NCBI GenBank assembly: GCA_022826245.1
Contig: JAJDVG010000046.1
Location: forward strand, 5,523-69,522
Length of the DNA: 64,000 nt
Direction of reading: 5' to 3'
Origin: Gammaproteobacteria bacterium
GTDB lineage: Bacteria > Pseudomonadota > Gammaproteobacteria > Steroidobacterales > Rariloculaceae
Shown: piece after piece, positions 18,376 to 27,571 of the stretch
Position numbering within the stretch: the first letter of the stretch is position 1
Layout: every line of letters starts with the position of its first letter
Made by a program: the position numbers and the translations under genes
Notes under the pieces: model-generated
What the model saw: the letters and a program-made list of their open reading frames with translations, nothing else
Databases searched by the model: none
Told to the model about the DNA's origin: nothing

Positions 18376-20373
18376 ATGACCCTGATTGCACCGGCGTTTC
18401 TGTTGGGACTGCTCGCGATCGGGCTGCCGATCTGGCTGCACCGGCTGTCGTCGGAGAATCCCAATCGCAAACCGTTCAGTTCGCTGATGTTTCTGGAGGC
18501 CGGCGAACCGCGCCGCGTGCTGGCGAAGAACCTGCAGTACCTGTTGTTGCTGGCGCTGCGGATCGGCGTCCTGGCGCTGCTCGCATTCGCGTTTGCCCAG
18601 CCCGCCCTGTGGCGGGCGCCGGGCGCCGTCACCGGCGGCACGGCGCAACTTCACGTCATCGTGCTCGATGCATCGGCCTCGATGTCGTACGGCGACCGCT
18701 GGGAACGCGCTCAGGATACGGCGCTTGAGCTGATCGGCGGTTTCGCCCCGGAAGACCGGGCGCAGCTCATCTCCGGCGGGCGGGTAACGGAACTGCTCAC
18801 CGGCCAGACGGTCGATCGCGCCGTGCTTCGCCAGGCCGTCGCGGCGGCGCGTCCGGGGGTCTTCTTCGTCGACTACGGTCAACTCACCCGCACGCTCGAC
18901 GGCGTGTTGCGCGGCGCCGAACTGCCGGCCGTGCTGCACCTGGTCACGGACGGGCAGCAGGGCGCGCTGCCAACGCGCTTCGCGGAACTCGCGCCGACAC
19001 AGCCGGCCGAACTTCGGGTTCACAATGTCGCGGCCGCGGAGGAGGGCAACTGGGCCGTCGAGAGCCTCGTGGGTTCGGCGCTGACGGGTGAAGTACAGGC
19101 GAGCGTGCGCAGCTTCTCGTCCGATCCGGCCGACAAGACGCTGACGCTCGAGTTGAACGGCCAGCGCATCGATGAACGGCGGCTCGAGATCGAACCGGGC
19201 GGGCGCGCGCAACTCAACTTCGGCGCACTCGATCTCGCATCGGGCGCCAACCGCGTCCGCGTCCTGCTGAGTCCGGACGACGGCATGACCCGGGACGATG
19301 CGCGCATGATCGCGCTGCAGCGCGCCGAACCGCGACCGGTGCTGCTCGTGTCCGGGGATCTCAGGATGCGCGACACGCTGTTCGTGTCGTCGGCGATGGA
19401 GTCGCTGTCGGCGCTCGCGCTAGTCCCGAGCACGGTAGCTGCAGCGGAGCTCGGCGACTACGTGCTCGCGGAATACGACTTCGTCATCGTTGCCGATGCC
19501 GGCGCACTCGGCGAAGCGCAGGTGAGCCAACTGGAAGACTACGTCGCGGCGGGCGGCGCCATGCTGATGGCGCTCGGGCCGCGCACGGCCGCGCAGAGTG
19601 CCGTGCCACTGACCGGCCAGCAGCTCGAGTCGGGCTCCGCGGTGCTGTTCGGCGAAGACGACTACGCGTCGATCGGCGCACTCGATGCCACTCACCCGGC
19701 CCTGCAGGGCGTGGAACTGCTTCGTGCAGCGCGATTCTTCCGCCATACGACGATCGCGCCTGGCGCCGAGGATCGGATCCTGATCAGTCTGGACACCGGC
19801 TCGCCCCTGTTGCTCGAGCGCGATGTCGGCATTGGCCGCGTGCTCGTGTTCACATCCTCACTCGACCGGGAGTGGAACGACCTGCCGGTACAGCCCGTTT
19901 TCGTGCCGCTCATGGCCGGGATCGCCAATCACCTGCTCGGCGGCGCCGGGTTCAGCAGCGAGCGAGCGCTTGGCGGCACGCTGGCGCTCGGCGCCATGGG
20001 TCTTCGCGGGGGGCAGATTTTCGATCCGGCCGGAGATCCCGCCCTCGGCCTCGGCGGCGGAACCGACGATGTCCTGCTCGATCAAATCGGTTTCTACGAG
20101 ATCGCCGCGGGCGGCAACACCGACCTCGTGGCGGTCAATTTCGACATCAGGGAGTCGGACCTGACGACCATCGACACGGAGACGATCGAGCGCTGGCAGG
20201 CCCTGGGCCGCCGCGACGACGGGCAGGCCGCTGCCGGCGTGCTGCCCGGGGACCAGGAGCCGGTGCTCGCATCGCTGGCACAATGGATTTTGATTCTGCT
20301 GCTCGTTGCCGTACTCTTGGAGTCGTGGGTCGGCAACTGGCATCTTGGAGTTAGAAGAGGGATCGCCGAGTGA
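18376..20373 (+). CDS. BatA-N-terminal-domain / VWA membrane protein
   Basis: MTLIAPAFLLGLLAIGLPIWLHRL is an aerotolerance-regulator-type double-TM N-terminus. MIDAS IVLDASASMSYG. C-terminal TM helix. Confidence 0.8.
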   Translation: MTLIAPAFLLGLLAIGLPIWLHRLSSENPNRKPFSSLMFLEAGEPRRVLAKNLQYLLLLALRIGVLALLAFAFAQPALWRAPGAVTGGTAQLHVIVLDASASMSYGDRWERAQDTALELIGGFAPEDRAQLISGGRVTELLTGQTVDRAVLRQAVAAARPGVFFVDYGQLTRTLDGVLRGAELPAVLHLVTDGQQGALPTRFAELAPTQPAELRVHNVAAAEEGNWAVESLVGSALTGEVQASVRSFSSDPADKTLTLELNGQRIDERRLEIEPGGRAQLNFGALDLASGANRVRVLLSPDDGMTRDDARMIALQRAEPRPVLLVSGDLRMRDTLFVSSAMESLSALALVPSTVAAAELGDYVLAEYDFVIVADAGALGEAQVSQLEDYVAAGGAMLMALGPRTAAQSAVPLTGQQLESGSAVLFGEDDYASIGALDATHPALQGVELLRAARFFRHTTIAPGAEDRILISLDTGSPLLLERDVGIGRVLVFTSSLDREWNDLPVQPVFVPLMAGIANHLLGGAGFSSERALGGTLALGAMGLRGGQIFDPAGDPALGLGGGTDDVLLDQIGFYEIAAGGNTDLVAVNFDIRESDLTTIDTETIERWQALGRRDDGQAAAGVLPGDQEPVLASLAQWILILLLVAVLLESWVGNWHLGVRRGIAE

Positions 20374-23300
20374 CCGCACAGACGCAATTCGAGGCCTATC
20401 TGGCCGATTTTCGCCGCCGCCTGAAATCGCTGATCATGGCTCGCGGCGCCGCCGCGCTTTGCGCGGTCGCACTGGTCCTGACACTGACAGCCGTGTACTT
20501 CGGTACGCGCCGGGCCTTCGATCCGGAGTTCATCGTCGGCGCCCGCCTGCTGCTCGTGCTGCTGCTCGGGGCCGCCGTGGTCGGCCTGCTGGCCTTGCCG
20601 CTGCGCGCGCTGCGCCGCGGCCGGGGCGTCGCCGACATGGAACGCCGTGCGCCGGACCTCGACGGCCGTATCGAGACCTATGACGGCATGACGCAGACCG
20701 AAAGCGGCCGGGCGTCGCCGTTTCTCGGGCTGCTCGCCGCGGACGCGCTGAAGCTGGCCTCCCGAATCCCGGTCGCGTTGCGTATCCCGCGTCGCGAGCT
20801 TTCGATTCCGCTCATCGTCGCTGTTGTCGCAGCCGCAACGCTCGTCTGGTTTGCCGCCGCGGGTCCGGACAACTGGCGCTACGGCGTGCGTCACCTGTGG
20901 GCCGGCTGGCTGCTCGACAACACGCTGCCGCCGCAACGTATCGCCGTGGTCCCGGGCGACGGCGCTGTCCGCCGCGGCGGCGATCTCGCCATCGACGCGC
21001 GCGCGGATGGCTTCGACCCCGTGTCGATGGAAGTGTTCGCGCTGTTCGAGGGCGATGCGGACTGGCAAAGCGCCCCGATGATCCAGATGGGCGATGAGTT
21101 CGAGTTCACCTTTTTCGCCGTCCGCGAGCCGATACGCTACTACGTGACGGCTGCCGGCGTGCGCAGCCGGGAATTCGAGGTGCAGGTCGTGGACCTCCCC
21201 GAGATCGACCGGATCACGCTGAGTTACGCCTACCCCGACTGGACCGGTCTCGATCCGCTCGTCGAGGACCCGGGTTTCGACATCCGCGCCGTGGCGGGCA
21301 CGGAGGTCACGGTTGAGGTTCACACCGACACTCCGCTCAACGCGCCGACGCTCACGGCAAACGGCGAAACGCTGCAGATGCGTACCGACGGCGCCGTCGC
21401 TACGGCGACGCTTCAGGTCAACGATGAGGGCGAGTACTTCATATCGACGCTCGTCGAGCAGGATCCGGTCCGGCTGACCGACGATTACTTCATCAGCGTG
21501 GTTCCGGACAACGAGCCGGTGGTCAGGGTCACGAGGCCCGGCCGCGACTGGCGCGCGAGCAATATCGAGGAGGTCACCGTCGGCATCGAAGCGAGCGACG
21601 ATTTCGGTCTCGACAGTCTCGAGCTGCGTTACACCGTGAACGGCGGAGAGTGGCGAACGATCGAGCTTGCCGCGGGCGGGACCGAAGCCACTGGCGAAGA
21701 GATCCTGTACCTCGAAGAGATGAGGCAGCCGATCCGCCGGCCGGTATCGAGTCCGGGTTCGCCGCGCGGCCAACCGTTCCCGGTGACGCTCGAGGACCTG
21801 CGCGCGCTGCGCGACGAACTCGCCAGCGAGGATGCCGAAGATGCCGATGCGGACGAACCCTCGGCGCCCGCGGACCGCAATCTCGAGCCGGGCGACCTCA
21901 TTTCCTACTATGCCGTCGCCGAGGATCGCGGCCGGACGGTGCAGACGGACCTGTTCTTCGTCGAAGTGCAGCCTTTCGATCGCAGCTTCACGCAGTCGAG
22001 CCAGGCTGGCGGCGGCGGGGGCGGTGGCGGAGGCGGCCAGCAACAGGATGAGATTTCCCGCCGCCAGAAAGAGATTCTCGTTGCGACCTGGAACCTGATC
22101 CGCGAGCGCGACGAAGAGGAACAGAGTTTTCTGGACGAGCAGGCGCTCGGCGATAACGCGCGGATGCTCGCGGAGCTGCAGCAGACGCTCGCCGACCAGG
22201 CGCGCACCCTCGCAAGCCGCACGCGGGCCCGGCAGCTTACGCGCGCGGACGACGATATCCGCACGTTCGTCGAGTACCTTGAACTGGCGGCCGAAGCCAT
22301 GGGTCCGGCGGCCGAGCGACTCGCCGAAGTGGAGCTTGCCGAAGCCGTGCCTTCGGAACAGGAAGCGCTCCAATACCTGTTGCGCGCCGAGGCGGTGTTC
22401 ACCGATATCCAGGTCGCGTTTCAACGCGGCGGTGGCGGTGGTGGCGGCGGCGGGCTGGCCGGCCGTGATCTGAGCGAGCTGTTCGAACTCGAGATGGATC
22501 TCGACAAGAATCAGTACGAGACCGAATCGCCGGTTGCGTTCGACCAGGAGCAGCCCGAGGACCAGGTCGACGAGGCGATCGCCAAGCTGCAGGAACTTGC
22601 GCGGCGGCAGGAGGAACTCGCGCGCCGCGCCGGCCGCCGGGACGACCAGTTGACCGAGCAGGAGCGCTGGCAGCAGGAATCGCTGCGCCGCGAGACCGAG
22701 GAACTCAAGCGGCAGCTCGAGGAGTTGCAGCAACGCCTTGCCCAGGCTCAGCAGCAAGGTCAGCAGGGCCAGCAACAGCAGGGGCAACAGGGGCAGCAGG
22801 GTCAACAGCAAGGCCAGCCGGGCCAGCAGCAGGGTCAGCCCGGCAACGGCCAGAACGCCCAGACGGCGCAGACGATCCGGCAGCTCGAGGAAGCGCTGCA
22901 GGCGATGAACCGCGCCGGCCAGCCCGGCGAAAACGTCGATCCGGAGCAGGCCAGACGCGCGATCGAGCAAGCCCGACGCCAGTTGCAGCAGGCGCTCGAA
23001 CAGATGACGGCGCAACGCCAGCAGGCTGCCGGCGAGGCCTTTTCGGATCTCGCGGATCGCTCGAGCGATATGTATGCAGAGCAGCGGCAACTCGCCGCCG
23101 ACCTGCAGCGGGAATTGCAGAACGCACTCGACGACCAGATCGATCAGGGCGCCGCGACCGGAGGTCTCGACCGCCGCGTCGCACAGGACCTTTCCGACCG
23201 CAAGTACGACCTGCAGGAGGAACTGGAAGCCCTCGAGGAAGACATTCAGCGCGTCGCGCAGGAGTTCAGGAACCAGACGCCCGGCGCCAGCGAGGAACTC

Positions 23301-24107
23301 GCCTCGGCGCTTGCGGATCTGCAGCAGTCGCAGGTCGCGCTGCGTTTGCTCTATGCGGCGGAGTACATTCGGCGCGGTGCGGCCAACCAGGTCGCGGCGA
23401 CCGAAGCCGTGACGACGGCGGCGCTGCGCGATCTCGAGCGCAGCACGCAGGAAGCCCTCGCGCTCGCGAATCGCGAAGCCGTGGAAGGCGAGCAGGAGGA
23501 ACTCAATCCCAATGCCGAGCTCATCGCCGAACTGCAGGCCTTGCGCCGCGAGTTGGCGGAGCTGACCGACGGGCAGGGCGCCGCGGCCGGCGAACAGCAG
23601 GGCGCGAACCAGCAGGCGCAGGCCGGCGGCGCGCAGCAGGGCGGCGCCAGGCAGGGCGGCGCGCGCGGCGGCGCATTCGACGACCGATTCGGTTTCGGCG
23701 GCGGTTTCAACGACTGGGAGCGTACCGGAATCTGGGACCCGCGCCGCAACGGTTTCTGGCAGGATGAGGATGCCGTCTCCGAACTCAGGGACAGGCTCGG
23801 CGACGCGGGCAGGGATCTGTTGACGCTAAGTGCGCAAATGCGTGCGGAGGGGCTCAGCGATGAGGACCTGCAGGCCGTGCGCGCGCTCGGCGACGCGTTG
23901 CGGGCCGGCCTGACCGGCAACCCGGAACTCGTGGAGGCCGAGTTCCAGGCGCTCGTCAATCTTGCCGAGCAGCTCGAGATCCAGCTTCAGGCCGAAGGCG
24001 CTGTCGAAGAGTCCGTAGTGCGGACCGAGGCTCCGGCCCAGGTGGCCCAGGGTTTCGAAGACATCGTTGCGGAATACTATCGTCGCTTGAGCCGCGCGAC
24101 GCCCTGA
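20370..24107 (+). CDS. 1245-aa membrane-anchored Gly/Gln low-complexity protein (DUF4175 / TIGR02302-like)
   Basis: 4-nt overlap with the upstream gene. It has 2-3 N-terminal TM helices, then a long extracytoplasmic region with G10 and G9 runs, a Q/G tract and coiled-coil-like E/R/Q-rich segments. This matches the description of the alphaproteobacterial low-complexity family found with MoxR/DUF58/BatA. Confidence 0.7.
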   Translation: MTAQTQFEAYLADFRRRLKSLIMARGAAALCAVALVLTLTAVYFGTRRAFDPEFIVGARLLLVLLLGAAVVGLLALPLRALRRGRGVADMERRAPDLDGRIETYDGMTQTESGRASPFLGLLAADALKLASRIPVALRIPRRELSIPLIVAVVAAATLVWFAAAGPDNWRYGVRHLWAGWLLDNTLPPQRIAVVPGDGAVRRGGDLAIDARADGFDPVSMEVFALFEGDADWQSAPMIQMGDEFEFTFFAVREPIRYYVTAAGVRSREFEVQVVDLPEIDRITLSYAYPDWTGLDPLVEDPGFDIRAVAGTEVTVEVHTDTPLNAPTLTANGETLQMRTDGAVATATLQVNDEGEYFISTLVEQDPVRLTDDYFISVVPDNEPVVRVTRPGRDWRASNIEEVTVGIEASDDFGLDSLELRYTVNGGEWRTIELAAGGTEATGEEILYLEEMRQPIRRPVSSPGSPRGQPFPVTLEDLRALRDELASEDAEDADADEPSAPADRNLEPGDLISYYAVAEDRGRTVQTDLFFVEVQPFDRSFTQSSQAGGGGGGGGGGQQQDEISRRQKEILVATWNLIRERDEEEQSFLDEQALGDNARMLAELQQTLADQARTLASRTRARQLTRADDDIRTFVEYLELAAEAMGPAAERLAEVELAEAVPSEQEALQYLLRAEAVFTDIQVAFQRGGGGGGGGGLAGRDLSELFELEMDLDKNQYETESPVAFDQEQPEDQVDEAIAKLQELARRQEELARRAGRRDDQLTEQERWQQESLRRETEELKRQLEELQQRLAQAQQQGQQGQQQQGQQGQQGQQQGQPGQQQGQPGNGQNAQTAQTIRQLEEALQAMNRAGQPGENVDPEQARRAIEQARRQLQQALEQMTAQRQQAAGEAFSDLADRSSDMYAEQRQLAADLQRELQNALDDQIDQGAATGGLDRRVAQDLSDRKYDLQEELEALEEDIQRVAQEFRNQTPGASEELASALADLQQSQVALRLLYAAEYIRRGAANQVAATEAVTTAALRDLERSTQEALALANREAVEGEQEELNPNAELIAELQALRRELAELTDGQGAAAGEQQGANQQAQAGGAQQGGARQGGARGGAFDDRFGFGGGFNDWERTGIWDPRRNGFWQDEDAVSELRDRLGDAGRDLLTLSAQMRAEGLSDEDLQAVRALGDALRAGLTGNPELVEAEFQALVNLAEQLEIQLQAEGAVEESVVRTEAPAQVAQGFEDIVAEYYRRLSRATP
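22743..22860 (+). repeat. CAG/CAA-GGN coding low-complexity tract (QQQGQQGQQQQGQQGQQGQQQGQPGQQQGQPG)
   Basis: Read directly in the DNA. It is an imperfect trinucleotide-type repeat inside the 1245-aa ORF. Confidence 0.9.
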
Positions 24108-24155
24108 GTTCGCCGGAACAAATCGCGTCAAGAATTCTTTAGCGGCGCCCAAAAA

Positions 24156-24179
24156 GCCGGCCTCGAATGCGAGGCCGGC
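24156..24179. terminator. GC-rich hairpin (10-bp stem, 4-nt loop) after the MoxR-cluster operon
   Basis: GCCGGCCTCG-AATG-CGAGGCCGGC. An A5 run precedes it on the plus strand, so the U-tract is on the minus-strand reading. No T-run follows on the plus strand. Confidence 0.45.
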
Positions 24180-24248
24180 AAGAATGGATGCGATAATAAG
24201 CGTCGAAGTACTCGATCCGGTACGGCACGTTGCTGAGGCGCCGGCACG

Positions 24249-24962
24249 ATGAGCGAATCGACGGACAACGCGATCATTCGTACCCGCGACCTGCGGCGCC
24301 ACTACCGCATGGGAGGCGAGTTCATCCATGCGCTGAGCGGTGTCGATCTCGTCATCGAGCGCGGCGAATACGTCGCGATCATGGGTCCATCGGGTTCGGG
24401 CAAGTCGACGTTGATGAACATGATCGGCTGTCTCGACACGCCGGACAAAGGTGAATACTGGCTCAACGGCAAGCTCGTCTCGGACATGAACGATCGCGAG
24501 CTCGCCGGCGTTCGCAACACCGAAGTCGGTTTCGTCTTCCAGACATTCAATTTATTGGCGCGTACGAACGCATTGCACAACGTTGAGATGCCGCTCATAT
24601 ACGCGGGTCTCAAGCGCAAGGAGCGCATCGCGCGCGCGGAACTGGCCCTCAAGCGCGTGGGTCTCGAAGATCGCATGATGCATCGGCCGAGCGAGATGTC
24701 GGGCGGCCAGCGCCAGCGGGTCGCGGTGGCGAGGGCGCTCGTGACCGAGCCCAGTATCCTGTTGGCGGACGAGCCGACCGGTAATCTGGATTCGGCCACC
24801 GGCCTTGAAATCATGGCGTTGTTCCGGGAACTGCACGCCAGCGGAAACACGATTCTGGTGGTGACGCACGAAGCGGAAATCGCGGAGAACGCCGAGCGCG
24901 TCATCTATTTGCGTGACGGCCTGGTCGCCGAAGACCATCGTAAAGACAACGTGAGGCACTGA
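24249..24962 (+). CDS. ABC transporter ATP-binding protein (MacB/LolD/DevA-type)
   Basis: Walker [10 protein letters not shown], signature [14 protein letters not shown], Walker [12 protein letters not shown]. Confidence 0.9.
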   Translation: MSESTDNAIIRTRDLRRHYRMGGEFIHALSGVDLVIERGEYVAIMGPSGSGKSTLMNMIGCLDTPDKGEYWLNGKLVSDMNDRELAGVRNTEVGFVFQTFNLLARTNALHNVEMPLIYAGLKRKERIARAELALKRVGLEDRMMHRPSEMSGGQRQRVAVARALVTEPSILLADEPTGNLDSATGLEIMALFRELHASGNTILVVTHEAEIAENAERVIYLRDGLVAEDHRKDNVRH

Positions 24963-24963
24963 T

Positions 24964-26565
24964 ATGCGCGTTTGGGCACTCGTCCTTCCCGCGGCCGTCA
25001 TGCTCGCGGCCGGTTGCGAAACTCAAACCGAAGCGGAAGCGGTCGCGCCGCTTTACGATGCCGCGCCCGTCGAGAGCCGGGACATACAGGTTTCGGTCGA
25101 GGCCGCCGGCGTGATCGAGCCCGAAACCACGGTCGAGGTCAAATCGAAGGCGTCAGGTGAAATCCTCACGGTGCGTGCGGAGACGGGCGATGTCGTCGAG
25201 TCCGGGACGCTGCTCGTCGAGGTGGACAAGCGCGAGCCGCGGAACCGGCTGGCCGAGGTCGAGGCGAACCTGGTCGCGGCCCGGGCACGGCGCACGATTG
25301 CCGAGACGCAGATGGAGCGCGCCGAGACGCTGTACGAATCGGGCACGCTGACGGAGTCGGACTTCGAGCAGTCGCAGCTCGAGTTCGCCAATTCACAGGC
25401 CCAGGTCGTGAGTGCGGAAGTGGCGGTCGAGAATGCGCGAATCGCGATGGACGACACCGATGTGCGTGCGCCGATTACCGGAACGATCATCGAGAAAGCC
25501 GTGGAACCCGGGATGGTGATCTCGTCGCCGACCCAGGCGGTCAGCGACGGCACGATCCTCATGAGGATGGCCAATCTCGACGCCGTGCAGGTGCGTACGC
25601 TCGTCGACGAAACCGACATCGGCAAGATCAGGCCCGACATGCCGACGCGCGTGACGGTTGCGGCTTATCCCAATCAGCCCTTCGAAGGCGTCGTGCTCAA
25701 GATCGAGCCGCTCGCGATCGTCGAGCAGAACGTAACCATGTTCGCCGTGCTCATTCGTCTGGAGAACCGCGGCGGTTTGCTGATGCCGGGCATGAACGCC
25801 GACGTCGAGATCGAGATCGCCGATCGGCAATCGGTCTCCACCATTCCGACAGCGGCATTGCGGGCCGAGGCGGATTTCGCGTCGACCGCGGCGATGCTTG
25901 GCTTGACCGACGCGGAATTTCTGGCCCTGCTCGGTCGCGAGACGCCGGCCGCGGCAAGCCCGCAGCGCAATGTGTTGTCGATCGCAGGCCGGGAGATCGA
26001 GCTGCCGGAAGGGGTGGATGCCGGGCAGGTCGAGGCGCTCATCGAGAAGCGCACTAGTGGCGGTACGCTGACGGCTGACGAACGGGCCATGCTGCGTCCG
26101 ATCATGCAGCAGATGTTCGCCGATGGCGGTCCTCCGGGCGGATTTGGCGGCGGAGGCGGCGGGCGTTTCGGCGAAGGCGGTGGTCCTCCGGGCGGTTTCG
26201 GTGGCGGCGGCGGACCCGATGGAGAGGGTTTCGGCGGCGGAGGACCGGGCGGCGAAGCCTTCGGTGGCGGCCGGCGTGCGTCGTCGCCGAGCGTCACGCA
26301 GTACCAGTTCGGAGGCGAGTACTGGGTCATCGCGCTGCGCGACGGCGAACCCGTACCCGTAACGGTACAGACCGGATTGACGGACCTTCAGTACACCGAG
26401 ATCGTCGCCGGCCTTGAACCCGGAGACAGCGTCCTGCTGCTGCCGAGTTCCAGCCTGTTCGAGCAACAGGCGATGTTGCGGGAGCTCATTTCGAGCCGAT
26501 TCTCCTCGACGCCGTTCCAGCAGCAGCAGGGCGGAAACATGCGGATGATGCGCATGTTCCGTTGA
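24964..26565 (+). CDS. efflux periplasmic adaptor (HlyD/MacA family) lipoprotein with a Gly-rich insertion
   Basis: Lipobox MLAAGC. Biotinyl-lipoyl-like and coiled-coil hairpin regions, and the DVRAPITGTI motif. A ~50-aa GGPPGGFGGGGG-type insertion is encoded at about 26120-26280. Confidence 0.85.
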   Translation: MRVWALVLPAAVMLAAGCETQTEAEAVAPLYDAAPVESRDIQVSVEAAGVIEPETTVEVKSKASGEILTVRAETGDVVESGTLLVEVDKREPRNRLAEVEANLVAARARRTIAETQMERAETLYESGTLTESDFEQSQLEFANSQAQVVSAEVAVENARIAMDDTDVRAPITGTIIEKAVEPGMVISSPTQAVSDGTILMRMANLDAVQVRTLVDETDIGKIRPDMPTRVTVAAYPNQPFEGVVLKIEPLAIVEQNVTMFAVLIRLENRGGLLMPGMNADVEIEIADRQSVSTIPTAALRAEADFASTAAMLGLTDAEFLALLGRETPAAASPQRNVLSIAGREIELPEGVDAGQVEALIEKRTSGGTLTADERAMLRPIMQQMFADGGPPGGFGGGGGGRFGEGGGPPGGFGGGGGPDGEGFGGGGPGGEAFGGGRRASSPSVTQYQFGGEYWVIALRDGEPVPVTVQTGLTDLQYTEIVAGLEPGDSVLLLPSSSLFEQQAMLRELISSRFSSTPFQQQQGGNMRMMRMFR

Positions 26566-26569
26566 TCCC

Positions 26570-27439
26570 GTGAATCCGGGTCCCAGGGAACGGGAATTCT
26601 CACTGCCGGGCATCCGGCTCGCGGCGCGAGAGTGGGGCGCGCCCGGATCGCTGCCGGTATTCGCGATCCACGGCTGGCTCGACAACGCGGGCAGCTTCGA
26701 TCTGCTCGCGCCGCTGCTCGGCGACTGCCATCTTCTTGCGCTCGATTGCGCCGGTCACGGCCAAAGCGGCCACCGCTCTGCGGACGCCTCGTACAACGTC
26801 TGGCAGGACGTCGGCGATGTCATCGAGATCGCCGAGCAGATGGGCTGGTCCCGGTTCAGCGTGATCGGACACTCACGCGGGGCCGGGGTCGGGACGCTCT
26901 GTGCCGGCGCGTTTCCCGACCGGGTCGAGCGCCTCGTGCTCATCGAAGGCGGAGTACCGATGGTGAGTACGGTGACAGACGCGCCCGAGGATCTTGCCCG
27001 TGCATTGACCGAACGCAAGGAACTGAGCGGCCGGAAGGGCCGCGTCTACGAGACCCGCGACGCTGCGTTGCGCGGACGCGCTTCCGGTTTCTCGCCGGTC
27101 AGCCATTCGGCGGCCGATATTCTCGCGCGCCGATCCCTGCAGCGTGTCGACGGCGGCTACCGCTGGCACATGGATCGGCGCCTCAGGGCCAGGTCGGAGA
27201 TCCGATTGACCGAGGCGCACATCGAGGCCTTCATCTCCAGAGTCGAGTGCCCGGTGCTCTGCATGATGGCCGAGCGCAGCCCGTTTGCCGACCGTCCCAT
27301 ATTCAAGAGACTGTTAAGCCTGTTCAAGGACATCGAGCGGGTGACGCTGCCGGGCGGCCACCACCTTCATCTCGAAGGCGCCGAGACGGAGATCGCCGCG
27401 CGTACGCGGGCGTTTCTCGGGCTGCGGGACGACGGCTGA
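26570..27439 (+). CDS. alpha/beta-fold hydrolase
   Basis: HGWLDNAGSF and the nucleophile elbow GHSRG. 289 aa. Confidence 0.8.
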   Translation: MNPGPREREFSLPGIRLAAREWGAPGSLPVFAIHGWLDNAGSFDLLAPLLGDCHLLALDCAGHGQSGHRSADASYNVWQDVGDVIEIAEQMGWSRFSVIGHSRGAGVGTLCAGAFPDRVERLVLIEGGVPMVSTVTDAPEDLARALTERKELSGRKGRVYETRDAALRGRASGFSPVSHSAADILARRSLQRVDGGYRWHMDRRLRARSEIRLTEAHIEAFISRVECPVLCMMAERSPFADRPIFKRLLSLFKDIERVTLPGGHHLHLEGAETEIAARTRAFLGLRDDG

Positions 27440-27571
27440 CGGCGGCGCTCGGTGCGCACCTGGAGCATGCCCAGGGACCAGCCCGGACTGCGGCCACAGT
27501 ATGCCAAGCCGGTCACGCGGGTCGATTTACGGCGCTACCCGCCTGGTCCGTCGAAACCGGAAGCGCACAAG

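Noticed and set aside
22008-22860. Repeated GGN and CAG/CAA tracts considered as a possible CRISPR or satellite array
   Set aside because: They are in-frame low-complexity coding sequence of one ORF, with no repeat-spacer periodicity. No CRISPR-like array was seen anywhere in the window.
20094-23090. 998-aa minus-strand ORF
   Set aside because: It is antisense to the 1245-aa operon-terminal gene. It is a low-complexity L/R/A-rich mirror of the Q/G/E tracts, with no start context or motifs.
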